Of a stretch of 64,000 nt of DNA, positions 1 to 12,646 are shown piece after piece. Source of the DNA: Podarcis muralis. Lineage: Eukaryota. The notes beneath the pieces were generated by a model. It did no database searches. It saw only the letters and a list, made by a program, of their open reading frames with translations, and had not been told where the DNA came from. Positions within the stretch are counted from its first letter, which is position 1, and each line of letters starts with the position of its first letter. The translations under genes and the position numbers were made by a program. The stretch spans positions 37,448,001 through 37,512,000 of the forward strand of contig NC_135663.1 of assembly GCF_964188315.1 (NCBI RefSeq). The letters run 5' to 3'.

Positions 1-1908
1 AAAAAGACGTTGGCAATCCCACCTCCGATTGAACCCAATATGTGACTTTGGCTTTAGGCACAATCTTTGGAACATAGCCCCCACGTAAGTTGTGGGGCTT
101 ACTGTAATGTGTTTTACTATTTTTACATGCTGCTTTGGATATTGCACAAGAGAAAATTTTCAGTATGTGATATAGGAAAAAGCAGAGAACACTCATCCTT
201 TAGGGCTTTGATGTAACCATTTGTATGCTTGACTTGAGAAATAAGGACAAGCAAATGTATTTGCAATAGGACTATCAGAGTTAGCCATTATAGCCCCATC
301 AGCACTATGCATTTGAAGTAGTATTATGCCACTTTAAACAGTCGCAGCTCCCTCCCCCAAAGCATTCTGGGAGCTGTAGTTTGTTAAGGGTGCTGAGAGT
401 TGTTAGGAACCCCATTCCACTCACAAAGCTACAATTCTCAGATTTCATAATTAATCCCACTTCCCAGGGACCTCTTTCTTTACTTATATTCAGACATGAC
501 ATGAAATATTCTGGACCCCACCCAGAAATTGTACATAGTTCAATCCGGCATAATGCCACTTAACTGCTAAATATTAAGATTTATGACTATGTGATGTTTA
601 TTTCTAAATCATTATTATCAGGCTCCAAGAACATGGATTCATCTCTCCCTGCCCCCAGTCTAAAATAAAAAAGCAAGTCAGTTCTTCCTTGGAAGAGAAA
701 GAAACTAGCTGTTTCATAAGATTGTAGTCTAAAGGGGGGGGGGTTAAAATGAAGAGCACTTCCAATAGAACTGTCATTTTTCAATTGAAAATTGTTTGCT
801 TCTTTAACCACATTTTCTCATCACTGGCAGTTCTAACATATCTTCTCCCTCCCAAGAACTGACTGGCAGTGTTTAAAGGGCAGTGACCCTGGATTGCTCT
901 TGCTCACAATAGGCATTCAGAGAGACACAGATATGACCAAGGACTTTTTTGTGCACCAGGCTGGCCAATCAAAATGCAGTAAAGAACAATAGTAACATTA
1001 AAATTAAATGGATGCTATCTCTTCTTGCCAGATATCTTTAATAGCAGGATTGCTTTAAGAAGAGAACATCTCATACAATAAAAAGAGTCATGGAAATACT
1101 ATACTATCCTGAGTCACCAAGAATATTTGGGGGAAGGTAGAATCTAATGACATGAATACTGTGATGATACAGTAAATAAAAGTGGTTTAAAAAATCACTC
1201 TAGTAACATTAATGGTCGAATACCTGGATACAGAATTATTAACTGAGCCCAATTATACTTCCACCAAACATACAAAACATAAATCTGTATCAGACAATTA
1301 ACAGAATCAATTAATAATAAGCAGAACTCTGAAGAACAGCAAAATAACAAGACATGTCCCATTTAGACGTTTGCTGAATTGCAATTTAAATGCTATGAGA
1401 GATCCAGTTAGTTGTTGCTAGTGTGTGGCAGGGAAAATTTTTGTTTCAAGTAGTATAAAGTGTCCCAAGTTCTAGTCTGTGGGTTGTATCCAACTAAATT
1501 ATACTCACGAGTAGACCCACTGAAATTAGCAGACCTACATTAGTCATGTCTGTTAGTTTTATTGGGTCTGCTCTTCCTAGGATTAACATTTGATACAATA
1601 CTGGAGCTGGAAGCCCTCTAGAACCAATGGACAAGAAGGGTGGGTCCACAGGAAAGAAGCTGCCTGTTATGGATGGGGCAAAGAGGAGAGAGGAATCATC
1701 ATCCTGTAGTAGACTATGTGCTCTGCATGCAGAAGGTCCAAGGCTCAAACACTGGCATTGGCAATTAAAAGGATCAGGTAGCACATGATGTGAAAGACCT
1801 CTGCAGTTCTAGATTAGGCAGATACGTAGCCCAACCTGGTATGAGGCAGCTTCATAGGAGTTATGGACAACACCCTACTTCTTCTCATAACTGACAGTCC
1901 AAGATATA

Positions 1909-3436
1909 CAGTGGTACCCCGCAAGACGAACGCCTCGCGAGACGAAAAACTCGCAAAACGAAAGGTTTTTTCGTTTTCGAGTTGCCTCGCAAGACGAATT
2001 TCCCTATGGGCTTGCTTCGCAAAACGAAGCGGGTCTTCTCTTTTGAAGCAAGGGGCGGCGGGGAGATCGCTTCTCCCCACCGCCCCTTGCTTCAAAAGAG
2101 GTCTGCCCCCGGACCTCTTTTGAAGCAAGGGGCTGCGGGGAGATCGCTTCTCCCGGTGCTCCGAAGCGGGGTGGGGGGGCGGGAACACTTGCCCCAGCCA
2201 CCGGGCTTCGTAGCGCTGCTGCGAAGCCGGGCGGGGGGCGGGAACACCTGCCCCAGCCACCCCGCTTCGGAACGCTGCTCCGAAGCGGGGTGGGGGGGGG
2301 GCGGGAACACTTGCCCCAGCCACCGGGCTTCGTAGCGCTGCTGCGAAGCCGGGCGGGGGGCGGGAACACCTGCCCCAGCCACCCCGCTTCGGAACGCTGC
2401 TCCGAAGCGGGGTGGGGGGGCGGGAACACCTGCCCCAGCCGCCGGGCTTCGTAGCGCTGCTGCGAAGCCGGGCAGGGGGCGGGAACACCTGCCCCAGCCA
2501 CCCCGCTTCGGAACGCTGCTCCAAAGCGGGGTGGGGAGGCGGGAACACTTGCCCCAGCCACCGGGCTTCGTAGCGCTGCTCCGAAGCGGGGTGGGGGGGC
2601 GGGAACACTTGCCCCAGCCGCCGGGCTTCGTAGCGCTGCTGCGAAGCCGGGCGGGGGGCGGGAACACCTGCCCCAGCCACCCCGCTTCGGAACGCTGCTC
2701 CGAAGCGGGGTGGGGGGGGCGGGAACACCTGCCCCAGCCGCCGGGCTTCGTAGCGCTGCTGCGAAGCCGGGTGGGGGGCGGGAACACCTGCCCCAGCCAC
2801 CCCGCTTCGGAACGCTGCTCCGAAGCGGGGTGGGGGGGACTTGAACACTTGCCCCAGCCACCGGGCTTCGTAGCGCTGCTGCGAAGCCGGGCGGGGGGCG
2901 GGAACACCTGCCCCAGCCACCCCGCTTCGGAACGCTGCTCCGAAGCGGGGTGGGGGGGGCGGGAACACCTGCCCCAGCCGCCGGGCTTCGTAGCGCTGCT
3001 GCGAAGCCGGGCGGGGGGGGGGGCGGGAACACCTTCTGAAGGCGGGCGGGGGGCGAAAGTCTTTGTCCCCCCTGCCTGCCTTCCCAGGGGCTTTTAAATC
3101 GCCCCGGACAGCGGAGAAGTCCTCCGCTGTCCCGGGGCGATTTTAAAATGCCGCCCGCCAGCATTTTAAGATCGCCCGGACAGCGGAGAAGTCCTCTGCT
3201 GTCCCAGGGTTTTTTAAAATGCTGGGGGTGGGAAGAAAAGCCCTTGTCCCCCCCCAGCCTTCAGAAGAGGTCCGGGGACAGTCTGTCCCCGGACCTGGTC
3301 TGAAGGCGGTTTCCCTAGGAACGCATTAATTGATTTTCAATGCATTCCTATGGGAAACCGTGCATCGCAAGACGAAAAAACCGCAAGACGAAGAGACTTG
3401 CGGAACGAATTAATTTCGTCTTGCGAGGCACCACTG
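1909..3436 (+). mobile_element. Tigger/pogo-like MITE (family A) with internal hairpin modules and tandem array
   Basis: TA|CAGTGGTACCCCGCAAGACGAA ... TTCGTCTTGCGAGGCACCACTG|TA. About 22-bp imperfect TIRs, TA target duplication, repeated subterminal CGCAAGACGAA motifs, no transposase. Confidence 0.9.
2157..3033. repeat. GC-rich tandem array, about 60-bp monomer and 120-bp dimer, about 14 monomers
   Basis: Constant linker GGGGCGGGAACAC(C/T)TGCCCCAG alternates with hairpin A (CCACCGGGCTTCGTAGCGCTGCTGCGAAGCCGGGCGG) and hairpin B (CCACCCCGCTTCGGAACGCTGCTCCGAAGCGGGGTGG). Confidence 0.95.
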
Positions 3437-4822
3437 TAACCTGGAGGTATATGAGGCTCAAGGTATGATCTGCTGCCATGTGAGGCCAACACCTTACTGA
3501 AGGTCTGGGTTGGGTCACTGCATAGATGGGAACCATGTCTATGATGCTTTGGGTTCCATGATGAATGGAAGTGTAGTATAGTGTAATAAAATAAAATAAA
3601 ACCCATCCACATACCCCACCTTGAAGAAGCCCACAGGCTACTGTAAGGAGCAAATGTTTGTTTGGGAAACATTGTTTTTTGAAGGTTACAATTTTTAAAA
3701 GGCAAAACCACCGCCTTTAACAAGGACTGGTGAACACCGAGATGAAAGCTTCACTTTAACTTTGTACTCATTCCAATAAATAATAAAGAAAAACTAGCTG
3801 TTCCCTGGTTCAGTACATTCAACAGCCTGTAATCAGTTTTGAAGCTAGAACCTAACCTGACCTCATCCTCTAATCAGCTTCTTAAAACACCACCTCGTCT
3901 CCCCAGCCCAACGAAGAGTCTCCTCCTCCTCAGAACTGTATTGAAAACCTTTGTGGGCCCTCAGAATGGACACAAGAGTACTTCAACCTCATAATAATGT
4001 TGAGCCATGAAGAATACAATGCCCTTTTAAAAAAAAAAATTAAGGCCACTCAGATTAAAACATCAATGCACTTGGATGCAAGCAACATTATTTTTTAGTG
4101 CAGCTACTCATTTAAACCTGCCAAGGTCGCCAAGGCAACCAGATTGCAGTCTCTCTTCCAGGGGAGAAAGAAGGTGCAGAGAGCACTGACTTGTAAGAAG
4201 AGTGCGCAAGCGTGTTCCATCATGCACCAGCAATATTCAGCAAAGTTGAAGAGTTACTGTGCAATCTGCGTGAGAAGAAAACCCATACCTAGTTAAATAC
4301 AAAGATGAGGGAAGCCTATTTTGCTTGTTTAAAATGCACCTGGGGGATGAAAGTCAGAGGACTGGTTGGCTTGCAAACTGGACTCACCTGGAGCAGTTGG
4401 TTCTGTGGCCATTTTTGTATGTGCCTGTTCTCTGCATATGCACAATGGCCTAGACTGCACAGCACAGCATGTGACGCTGCCTTATACAGCACTAGATCAT
4501 TGGTCCATATTGCCCAGCATTGTCTACTGACTGTAGGTCACCAAGGCTTCAGGCAGAGGCCTTCCTCAGCCCTAGTCCTAAGATCATTTATCTCAAGGAG
4601 GGGGAGCCCTGTTCAGCCCAAGTGCCACATTCCTTTCTGGGCAATCGTCTGAGGGCCACATGCTGCTGGTGGGTGGGCCCAGAGGTAAAAGTCGGTGGAG
4701 CCTGCAGTTTTAATTTTATCTTTACAGTACGCTAGTTTCCGCACACATTCTTTATCCAAGTGAACAAAAAGCAGTAGCCAAGTCCAGCCACACAAAAACA
4801 CTCAAGGAGGGTGTGAAATAGG

Positions 4823-4958
4823 CAGTGCTATTTTTCTAGAAAAAGAGGTGCCAGAGCTCACCATGAACTCCTCCCTTGTTCTCTCAGAATGGCAATGGTG
4901 CCCACCTGAGAGGTGTCGGAGCTGAGTTCTTCTGAGCTCCAGATGGAAAAAAAGCATG
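4823..4958. mobile_element. Short MITE (related copy at about 28672-28780)
   Basis: CAGTGCTATTTTTCTAGAAAAAGAGG(T/C)GCCAGA(G/A)CTCACC is shared by both loci. Confidence 0.6.
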
Positions 4959-5351
4959 GACAGAGAGGCCTGAAGTCCACTTTTGGCCCCTAGAGCTGAC
5001 GGTCCTCCTCATTTTATTTGGACATGGCACAGATTCACTGAAGCTAGGACCTTGGGCATGCACAGGCTGTGCCACTGAACTCTGTGTGGCTCCCTAAACC
5101 AACGTGTGGGGAATTGCTGAATGGGTGGTTCTATCATGTGACAAGAGGAAGCAATGCCCAACCCTATGATTCTATTATAAGCAAATCAGTTCCAAGAATA
5201 CCTCGCAAAAATAAACAAGGAAGTCTCTAAAGAAACACAGGCCAACAACTTGGTTCATTTCTTCATCTGAAAGGATGCCTTTCTACTTGATATATACCAC
5301 TATCTCCTTTAGCAATCCAAGCTAACTTTCACAAAGCCAAAATATTATTGG

Positions 5352-5353
<2 letters not shown>

Positions 5354-5392
<39 letters not shown>
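5354..5392. repeat. (CA)n microsatellite (others at about 28305-28338 and 45903-45941)
   Basis: Direct reading. Confidence 0.95.
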
Positions 5393-5395
<3 letters not shown>

Positions 5396-7616
5396 CTAAG
5401 GCTGATAGATCAGCCAATTATCTGCTTCCCAGAATTTTATTTGTCTTCTGTTTTTTTATCTGTACATTATCAATACCTATTACAAGAAGATATCGTTTTA
5501 AATTATCAAGACAGTCTTAAATTACCAGGACAGGCTCAATGCAATTACAATTGGCTTATTAGGAAAAGCATTATAAAAATAAATCTGTACCTTTATATTA
5601 GAACGCTTACTCATAAGAAATTTATTTTCCATTACCAGAAGAATGCTGTTGTTTTGTAGGGAGTCTGTAAGTAGTTGATATTATTCTATAGTCCTGGTAC
5701 ACCAGGTTGCCATTGCCAATGTAATCATAAGAACTGCAGTTGCAGAAACTGTAGTTGCAGAAACTAAAACTAACACTCATTACACTTTGGCTGTGTCCTT
5801 GGACAATGCACTGCCATCCACCCATCACATCACTGCACACCTATACTATGCTCCCTTTCTACACAGTGAATACTTTCCTGACTTCCCTCAATGGGGAATA
5901 CTTCTACAACCTTTGAGTGTGGGCACCTGCATGTCTAATTTTTTGACAATGTGCATCGCCAAAGAAGAGGGCAAAAAAAGGTGCAGCAGATGTGCATAAA
6001 ATTTGCAGCTGCCGATTAATATGCAGAAATTCACATTTAAAAGGACTATGCTATAAAACGAAATAACAGTACATTTCACCATAGCAGGGAAGAATGTGTG
6101 GCAAAGTGCTGCCAACTGTTGATGAGCAATTTCAGGGTTCCTGATCTCCCCTTTTCTGTTTCATTATCTTTAAGCTGGACAGACCAGGCAGCCCTTCAAA
6201 CAGAGGATTCCTTCAAAGAGAGGGCTGTCCTCTGCGAAGTAGAACGTGTGGCAACTCTACAGCCTGTTGGATAACAGGATTGCTACACCAGCACCCAGTT
6301 ATTTGCTAAATCTCATCCCTTGTATAACCAACTGATCACTGCTCTCTGCAAGAAAGGGCATCATCCTCCAGATACCATCTTATCAGGAGGTCTCTTCTAC
6401 GCTGTGCCAGAATCTGTGGCAGCAGCACCTACTTTTTAGAAGTCCTTCCTGTTGCATATCAGTCAGGCACTACTTTTATTGTCTCTTTGGCACCTGTTGA
6501 ATACTTTCTTCTTGTGGTGTGTCTCTGTTTTCCCCAACTGCTGAGTAGTCATTGATTGCACAAAACGGTTCCTTTGTTCACAGCAGCCCACATGCCCACA
6601 CCACCAAAGCACCCACTTTCATGCTTCTAGTTCTTTAGATGTGGGGGGCAGAATGAGGAAAGCCCTCTGATAAGACCCATGCTGCCCCTTCATGGGGTTA
6701 CATACTTCTAGTGGTATGTCATGGCTGACTGCAGAGCAAAGCCCTAGTCACGTGTTGGTCACATGAAATGTTAATGTGTGAATAAAGGGAAGTGGAAAGC
6801 CCTGCATGTGACATTGTACATCCTACACTCTCACTCCCTAACTCAGTATGTTTGGTGAAGGTTGGAAGAGAGAGCTAGCTGTACTCATGTAGGGGATCCA
6901 TTAGCACAAGCTGGTGTAGGAGCAATGCTGCCATGCCCAGCCAACAAAACTTAAGCGATGGAATCATACTCCGAATTGTGTGTGGCCTTGCTTTCATCAG
7001 CATTAATTATGTACAAGCAACTTATAGGAATGGACATACCACTACAGTATGTCCTCAAGGAGACAGAAAACACCACAAAACAGCTTGAGTTCTCTTTGGC
7101 ATATCTAGAATCACATAAGTCTCAACTTCAAAGAAAAATAAACATTTTCCCCCTCTTGGTAAAATGGCTAGAATCCATATGTTCTAGCTTTATCTCCAAG
7201 AATGTATCCTTTAAAGTTTATATCTGTTTTATGGGTGGGCAGTGAAACTGGAGCAGTGTTGCAAGGTTTGATTATCTGACCACTTGAACTAAAAGAATAT
7301 TGATCTTCCACAAAAAAGAAGTATACCTCCCTCTTTTTAATAAAAAATTGATGCATTTTAGAATAATTTCATTTTGTCATGAAGCTGGCAAAACTTTTCA
7401 TTGGGGAAAATAAAATAAAAATCAACATAAAAAACCACTTGTATGAACTAAACAGTTGTTTATGGTCTCTAGTTAGGCACCATGATGTTGTGCCAACATC
7501 ATTCTTATTTTATCTTAAGACTGTTTGCCTCTAAAATCTATGCAACTTACTATGAAATGCATAGAACTACAACTGTCTTTGAAAAGAAGAGGCAAAGGTA
7601 CTGAGTAATGATTTGT

Positions 7617-7720
7617 GGCTCCCCATAGCTCAGGTGACAGAGCATGAGACTCTCAATCGCAGGGTTGTGGAATCAAGCCCCATGTTGAGCAAAACGATTC
7701 CTGCAATGCAAAGGGGCCAC
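7617..7720 (+). mobile_element. tRNA(Lys)-like headed SINE fragment
   Basis: ATAGCTCAGGTGACAGAGCATGAGACTCTCAATCGCAGGGTTGTGGAATCAAGCCCC resembles a tRNA with A and B boxes. Related to 12389-12508. Confidence 0.65.
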
Positions 7721-9539
7721 ACCTTGCAGCAGCTTGTATTCAGCCTGTAATGTCTGGCTATGGTCTGCAATCCAAGGATAACTGGGTTGCCTGTCTTTGG
7801 GTAAATACTGCTCTTCCTGGAGCCCACACTTTTTGTTGTTTTGCCAGCACAAATAAAAATGCTTTACCATGCTTCTTTGGATACTGAAGCTCTTGTTTTC
7901 ATGGGTCTATCGAATAGAAAGCTCTGTTAAAATGAGGATAAACTATAAAGCATGCCTCTAAGATAGAACCAGCACTCCAAAGAAGTCAATGCAATCAGGA
8001 AGGGGCTCTGAATTGATTTTAACATTCCTACATATGTAATAATAGTGAGCTCATTCTCTGAGTGTAGATGCTTATGTCAGCCAAATGGCCCTTTCCATGC
8101 ACAAGAGGCTCAGAGATATCCTAAGGTTTGCAAGGGCACACACACACCTTTTTTGCTGGGAGGTGGAAATCAAAGAGGAGAAAAAACAAAACTGCCAAAT
8201 GAGAAAGGGCTTCAGTGGCCAAATAATGCAAGACTGACTTTTAAGGCAAAGAAAGAGAACACTAGAGTAGGTGGTAAGGAAAGGAATGGGGGAATTCTGG
8301 AAAAAGACATGGCTTGAACAAAAGTCTTCCAAACTGCAACGTTCTGTTGCAGGTCCTGTGAATACTACGGTGTCCACATTTTGGAAGCTGGGGAACCAAT
8401 ATGGTTTCCTTTCCTTGCAGGCATCAATAAAAGCAATTTAAAGTACCCTAGCTATCACTTTCAAAAACACAAACATATGGAGTGTTGGCAGTTTCTATTA
8501 AAGGCTTAGACATCAGATAAAGGCAGAAGTAATAAAGGGAGTTTTAGGAGTCAGGATATCGCTTCTGCATTCTTTTCTGCCCTCACCCACCCCCCTGCCC
8601 TGGACTCTCGTTTTGCCCACCAATTGCTCCAAACTGTTCTGTGAGTTTCAATGTTACTTCCTCAATCCCAGAAACAAAGGGAAAGAATACTTTTCAAATT
8701 CTGCAACGCTGTTCACATACACTCTGCAGTACAATAATATAATTGATTAGGCTTATGCATATATTTTTTTGCAAAATGTCTTCCTATTGCAGAATTTGGA
8801 TTATTAGTAATATTTAGGTCACAGTTCTAGGCCCTCTGGCCATGTTCCAGTGAGGTAAGGTACACCCACACTAAAAGCTTTCTGGACATTTCCTTTTCTG
8901 CAGCTAACAGCAAACCACAAGGCAATTTTTAAACTCAAGGAAATTTAAAAGTGGATTTGGGGTTTTGGCAAAAGATTTGCCAAACAGGAAGCAGCTAGGA
9001 AAAAATGTCTGTTGCAGGCACACATCTGGTATGCATGAGCCTGCGGATCACTAACTCACCCATCCTGGACTACAAATCAGTGGCTCACAACTGTTAGGAT
9101 TTGGTTGTGGACCGTCAAGGTAATGGCAGATGTAGAAGACATTAGTTCTGTGAAGAGGTCATGTTGAGTAACTGGTCATAGGAATGAGCATATAGCAACC
9201 TATTCATTGCTGAATGTACTTGTGTTCAGAGAACCTGTGTTGGTACTGCATCTTCATTGGGTTCCAAGTTATTATTATTTATTAAATTTGTATACCGCCC
9301 TTCATCCGAAGATCCCAAGGCAGTTCACAACAGAAAAGTACAAAATGAGAAAACAATTTATCATCATCAATCTTTATTACGGTTCAGAGACCCAACAAAT
9401 TATTACAAAACAATACACAATTCATACAACCTACCTCCAGGTTAAACAAGCATTTCGTTTAGAATATAGGGCTCATTTGATCTTGCAACCACCGATAAAA
9501 ACTTTGCCACTGCTAATGTTCTAACATTTGTCCGGTCTT

Positions 9540-10045
9540 CCAGTAGGAACCTGACATAGTGAGCTACTGACAACATAGTTCTTGACGGTTACCACGCCTA
9601 CGAAATCAAGGCCTCTAAACCACTCGGAAGGGGACAACCGAGGGGGGGCCTAGTAACTCTGGTTTCCACTCAATTGGCGTCACAGGTTATTGGGTGCTCA
9701 GTTTTTGAGCAGCTGGCGCTGGGGATCACTTTGCATCTGGAATCCAAGAGTATCATTCTTGTTTCAGCTTATATCCCACCATATACAGTGCAAACACAGA
9801 TCGAGAGCACATGGCGTAAATTTCATAGTTTCCTTTATTCCCTACAAATTAAGTACCCCGGATCGCAATTTTACCTAATGGGAGATATGAATGCCAGAAT
9901 AGGCTCAAATGATGATATATTGGAAATAAAATTCCCAATATTAAGAGATCTTAAAGAAAATAGTGCCCTCTTTCTAAACCCTCCCCCTCGTAGACATTCG
10001 AAAGATTGTCAAATCAACTATGCAGGTTTTTGCCTTGCTTTTTTA
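9540..10045 (+). mobile_element. LINE APE-endonuclease fragment (RTE-X-like)
   Basis: Translation IVLDGYHAYEIKASKPLGRGQPRGGLVTLV..IILVSAYIPP..FYLMGDMNARIG..RHSKDCQINYAG contains the conserved APE blocks. Confidence 0.8.
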
Positions 10046-10104
10046 CAATTTATCATAAAGCAACAATGTAGAACAGTGAAATTGTGTTGACCATTGTTGA
10101 CCAT

Positions 10105-10470
10105 TAGCACTGCCTTCTTCCACAAAGTGGCCAACTTAGATGTCTCTGGGAAGCCCAAAAGCAGGATGTGAAGACAACAGCTTTCTTCTTATGTTATTTC
10201 TCAACCATTTGTATTCAGAGGCATTCTGCTGCTGAACTTGGAAATAGACTTTATACCATCATGACTAGCAGTCACTGATAGCCTGATCCACTATGAACTT
10301 GTCTCATCCTTTTTTAATCTAAGTTGGTGCTATTACTACATCTAGCAAATTCCATAACTATGCACTGTGTGAAGAAGTCTTTCCTTCTGCCTTCACTGGA
10401 TGCTTCCTGATTCTAGTTTTATGAGAGAGGGAGAAACTTCTCTATTCACTTTCCCCACGCCATGTCTACA
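10105..10470 (-). mobile_element. CR1 LINE 3' end (degraded)
   Basis: CACAAAGTGGCCAACTTAGATGTCTCTGGGAAGCCC..TGTGTGAAGAAGTC resembles the reverse complement of the lizard CR1 3' region. Confidence 0.65.
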
Positions 10471-12388
10471 TAATTATATAAACCTTGGTCCCCCCCCTTA
10501 CTCACCTCCCTCCCCCTAAATTGTCCTGTTTCCAGATCAGCAATATTCTTGTTGAGACTAGGCAGTGGTATAATAGCATTATGACCCTGGCAGTTTTATT
10601 TTCAATTGCTTTCCTAGCAATGGATAGTCCTGATCAATGACAAAATAGACAGGTCTTTTGATTGTAAAAAAAAGTAAGAAATTAAGTATGTTATATGAAA
10701 CTACTGAACATATCTAAAAACAAAAAAAGGTTTAAATTTTATGCTTAGTTGTTCGTTCATTCAATTTATATACCTCACTCCATTTCAAGAGCTGTGAATG
10801 ACAACTATGTTGTCATAAGGAGAAGAAAAACTTACGATGGGGCAAAACTTTTGTCTAAGCTGTTTCACAATTCTTAATGATGCTTACATCAGAGGTCAGG
10901 CAGAAAAAAAATACGATTTCACTTATGTGTCGGCAGTACTCAAACATTAACAGGTGACATAAGAGCACAGGCACAGCAGATCTAACAAAGCTGATTTATT
11001 GTTGCTTTCAATTGCTTTGTGCCTAGTTTTGTGAGTTGTAATGTTCACGGCTATATTTAGTATGCACTGCGCACCTGATTGACCACTTACAATGCATATG
11101 TGAGATCTCTCTCTCCTGCTCACTCGATGTACTTCAAATATGGCACTGTTCCCAGGGGTTCAGGGAAAAGGTTTCCAGTTGTCTTTCTGCCTTTAGTTTG
11201 CAAGCATACTCCTATTCCCATAAATGCCAGAGAAATCTACCTTTTAATAATTCTGATGGCCATATCACAACTTATATTTCACTGTATTAGCAATACTTCC
11301 CCAAAAGGTATGATGATACAAAGTCAAAAGGGAAGGTTTGAGATTTTTGTTTTGCTGGGCTGTGTTTTCTTCACCAAAGACAGCTGCTTTCTCAGCCCCT
11401 GAGAGGATTGCTTGGGGTTAACAAGCAGAGTCAAACAAGAGAGGATTAGGAAGCTACTAGTACTTCTAGGCTAATGCACTAAAACAGAACACTCCATGTG
11501 GAATAGGCATTGCTCACTCTTAGACATGTCCTTTCAAGGCACTGCCCCAGCTTATGACCCATGACAGAGTCAAAGGTCATATAATCAACGTATGGAGGTT
11601 GAATAAGAGGCCTTCCTCAACCTCCCCCCCCTTTTGAAACCATGAAAGGCATGAGCAAATTGAGATTTTGAGAGCATTGCCTAGCAGCGTATCTAAAAAC
11701 TAACATAGAGGAACTCCTATTTCACAATACAATTTCTCTGCAGTATATTGCAAAACAGAAAGAATCCATTAGTTTCTGTGGCCTTCTAGAGATAGAACAT
11801 ATTTAGCCATAATAAATGTTAGTCTTTGAAGAACCATGAGATTCCAACCAGGCTTCCTACCTAGAAAAAGTATACATTTTGTGTTGTATCAGATCTGCAT
11901 GATTTGTGCCCCATGTATCCAGCCCATCAACCAATATTATATGTAGGACCTGCTTTGATAATCCCTGCTTTTTCAATCCATGGCATGCAGCAAAACAAGT
12001 TTAGGTGGTACTATAATCAACTGATCCCTCTTAGATGAAGCAAACCTAACATACTACAGAAATGGAGCAGTTAAGCTAGATAACAGTAAAACATTATGGA
12101 TGTAACTTCTAAAGCAGGAATGGGAAACATGTGGTCCTCCAGATATTGTTGGACAACAAGTCCCATCATGCCTGACATGTGAAGCACCAATGGACTCAAA
12201 GACGGAGATTTATGCTGGCCGTTTGGAAAGAAAAGTAGCCCTTTGATAGTTGATAGACTGTGAAAAAGGCCCTTGAAATGAAGGAAGGCATCAAATTGTG
12301 CTGACGCTGCGCCAGGCCTATTGCTGAACTGATAAAACGTAAAAGTCTGGGCTGTTGCACTTGTAACTTAGTTCTTTTATCTGCCTAT

Positions 12389-12508
12389 GGGACAGCTCAG
12401 TTGGTTGAGCATGAGAATCTTAATCTCAGGGTCATGGGGTTGAGCAAAAAGATTCCTACGTTGCAAGGAGTTGGACGAGATGACACTTGTGGTCCCTTCT
12501 ATGATTCT
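12389..12508 (+). mobile_element. tRNA(Lys)-like headed SINE with CR1-like tail, inside the Gypsy 5' LTR
   Basis: GGGACAGCTCAGTTGGTTGAGCATGAGAATCTTAATCTCAGGGTC ... GGTCCCTTCTATGATTCT. Confidence 0.75.
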
Positions 12509-12646
12509 CGTGGTCCCTAGGTGGCTGCAAGTTTGTCTGTTCACACGACCCACTTAATCAACTGTGATCCCTGGCACCCACCAGGGTTAGTACAGAGATT
12601 ACTAACAATGAAATAGCTTCAGCAATCACCTTCAATGCTGGCCATA

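Noticed and set aside
2157-3033. CRISPR-like appearance (palindromic repeats with a regular period)
   Set aside because: No unique spacers, only two alternating units; no cas genes; vertebrate DNA inside a MITE.
1814-3164. Long ORFs of 188-386 aa in several frames
   Set aside because: Produced by a stop-free GC-rich tandem repeat whose period is close to a multiple of three; repetitive Pro/Gly/Arg translations.
4118-4288. Possible 171-nt sense exon in intron 1
   Set aside because: Weak donor (GTTTAA), mediocre acceptor, unrecognisable peptide.
12389-12440. tRNA gene-like sequences (also at 7617 and 53605)
   Set aside because: SINE heads: degenerate cloverleaf followed by SINE body and tail.
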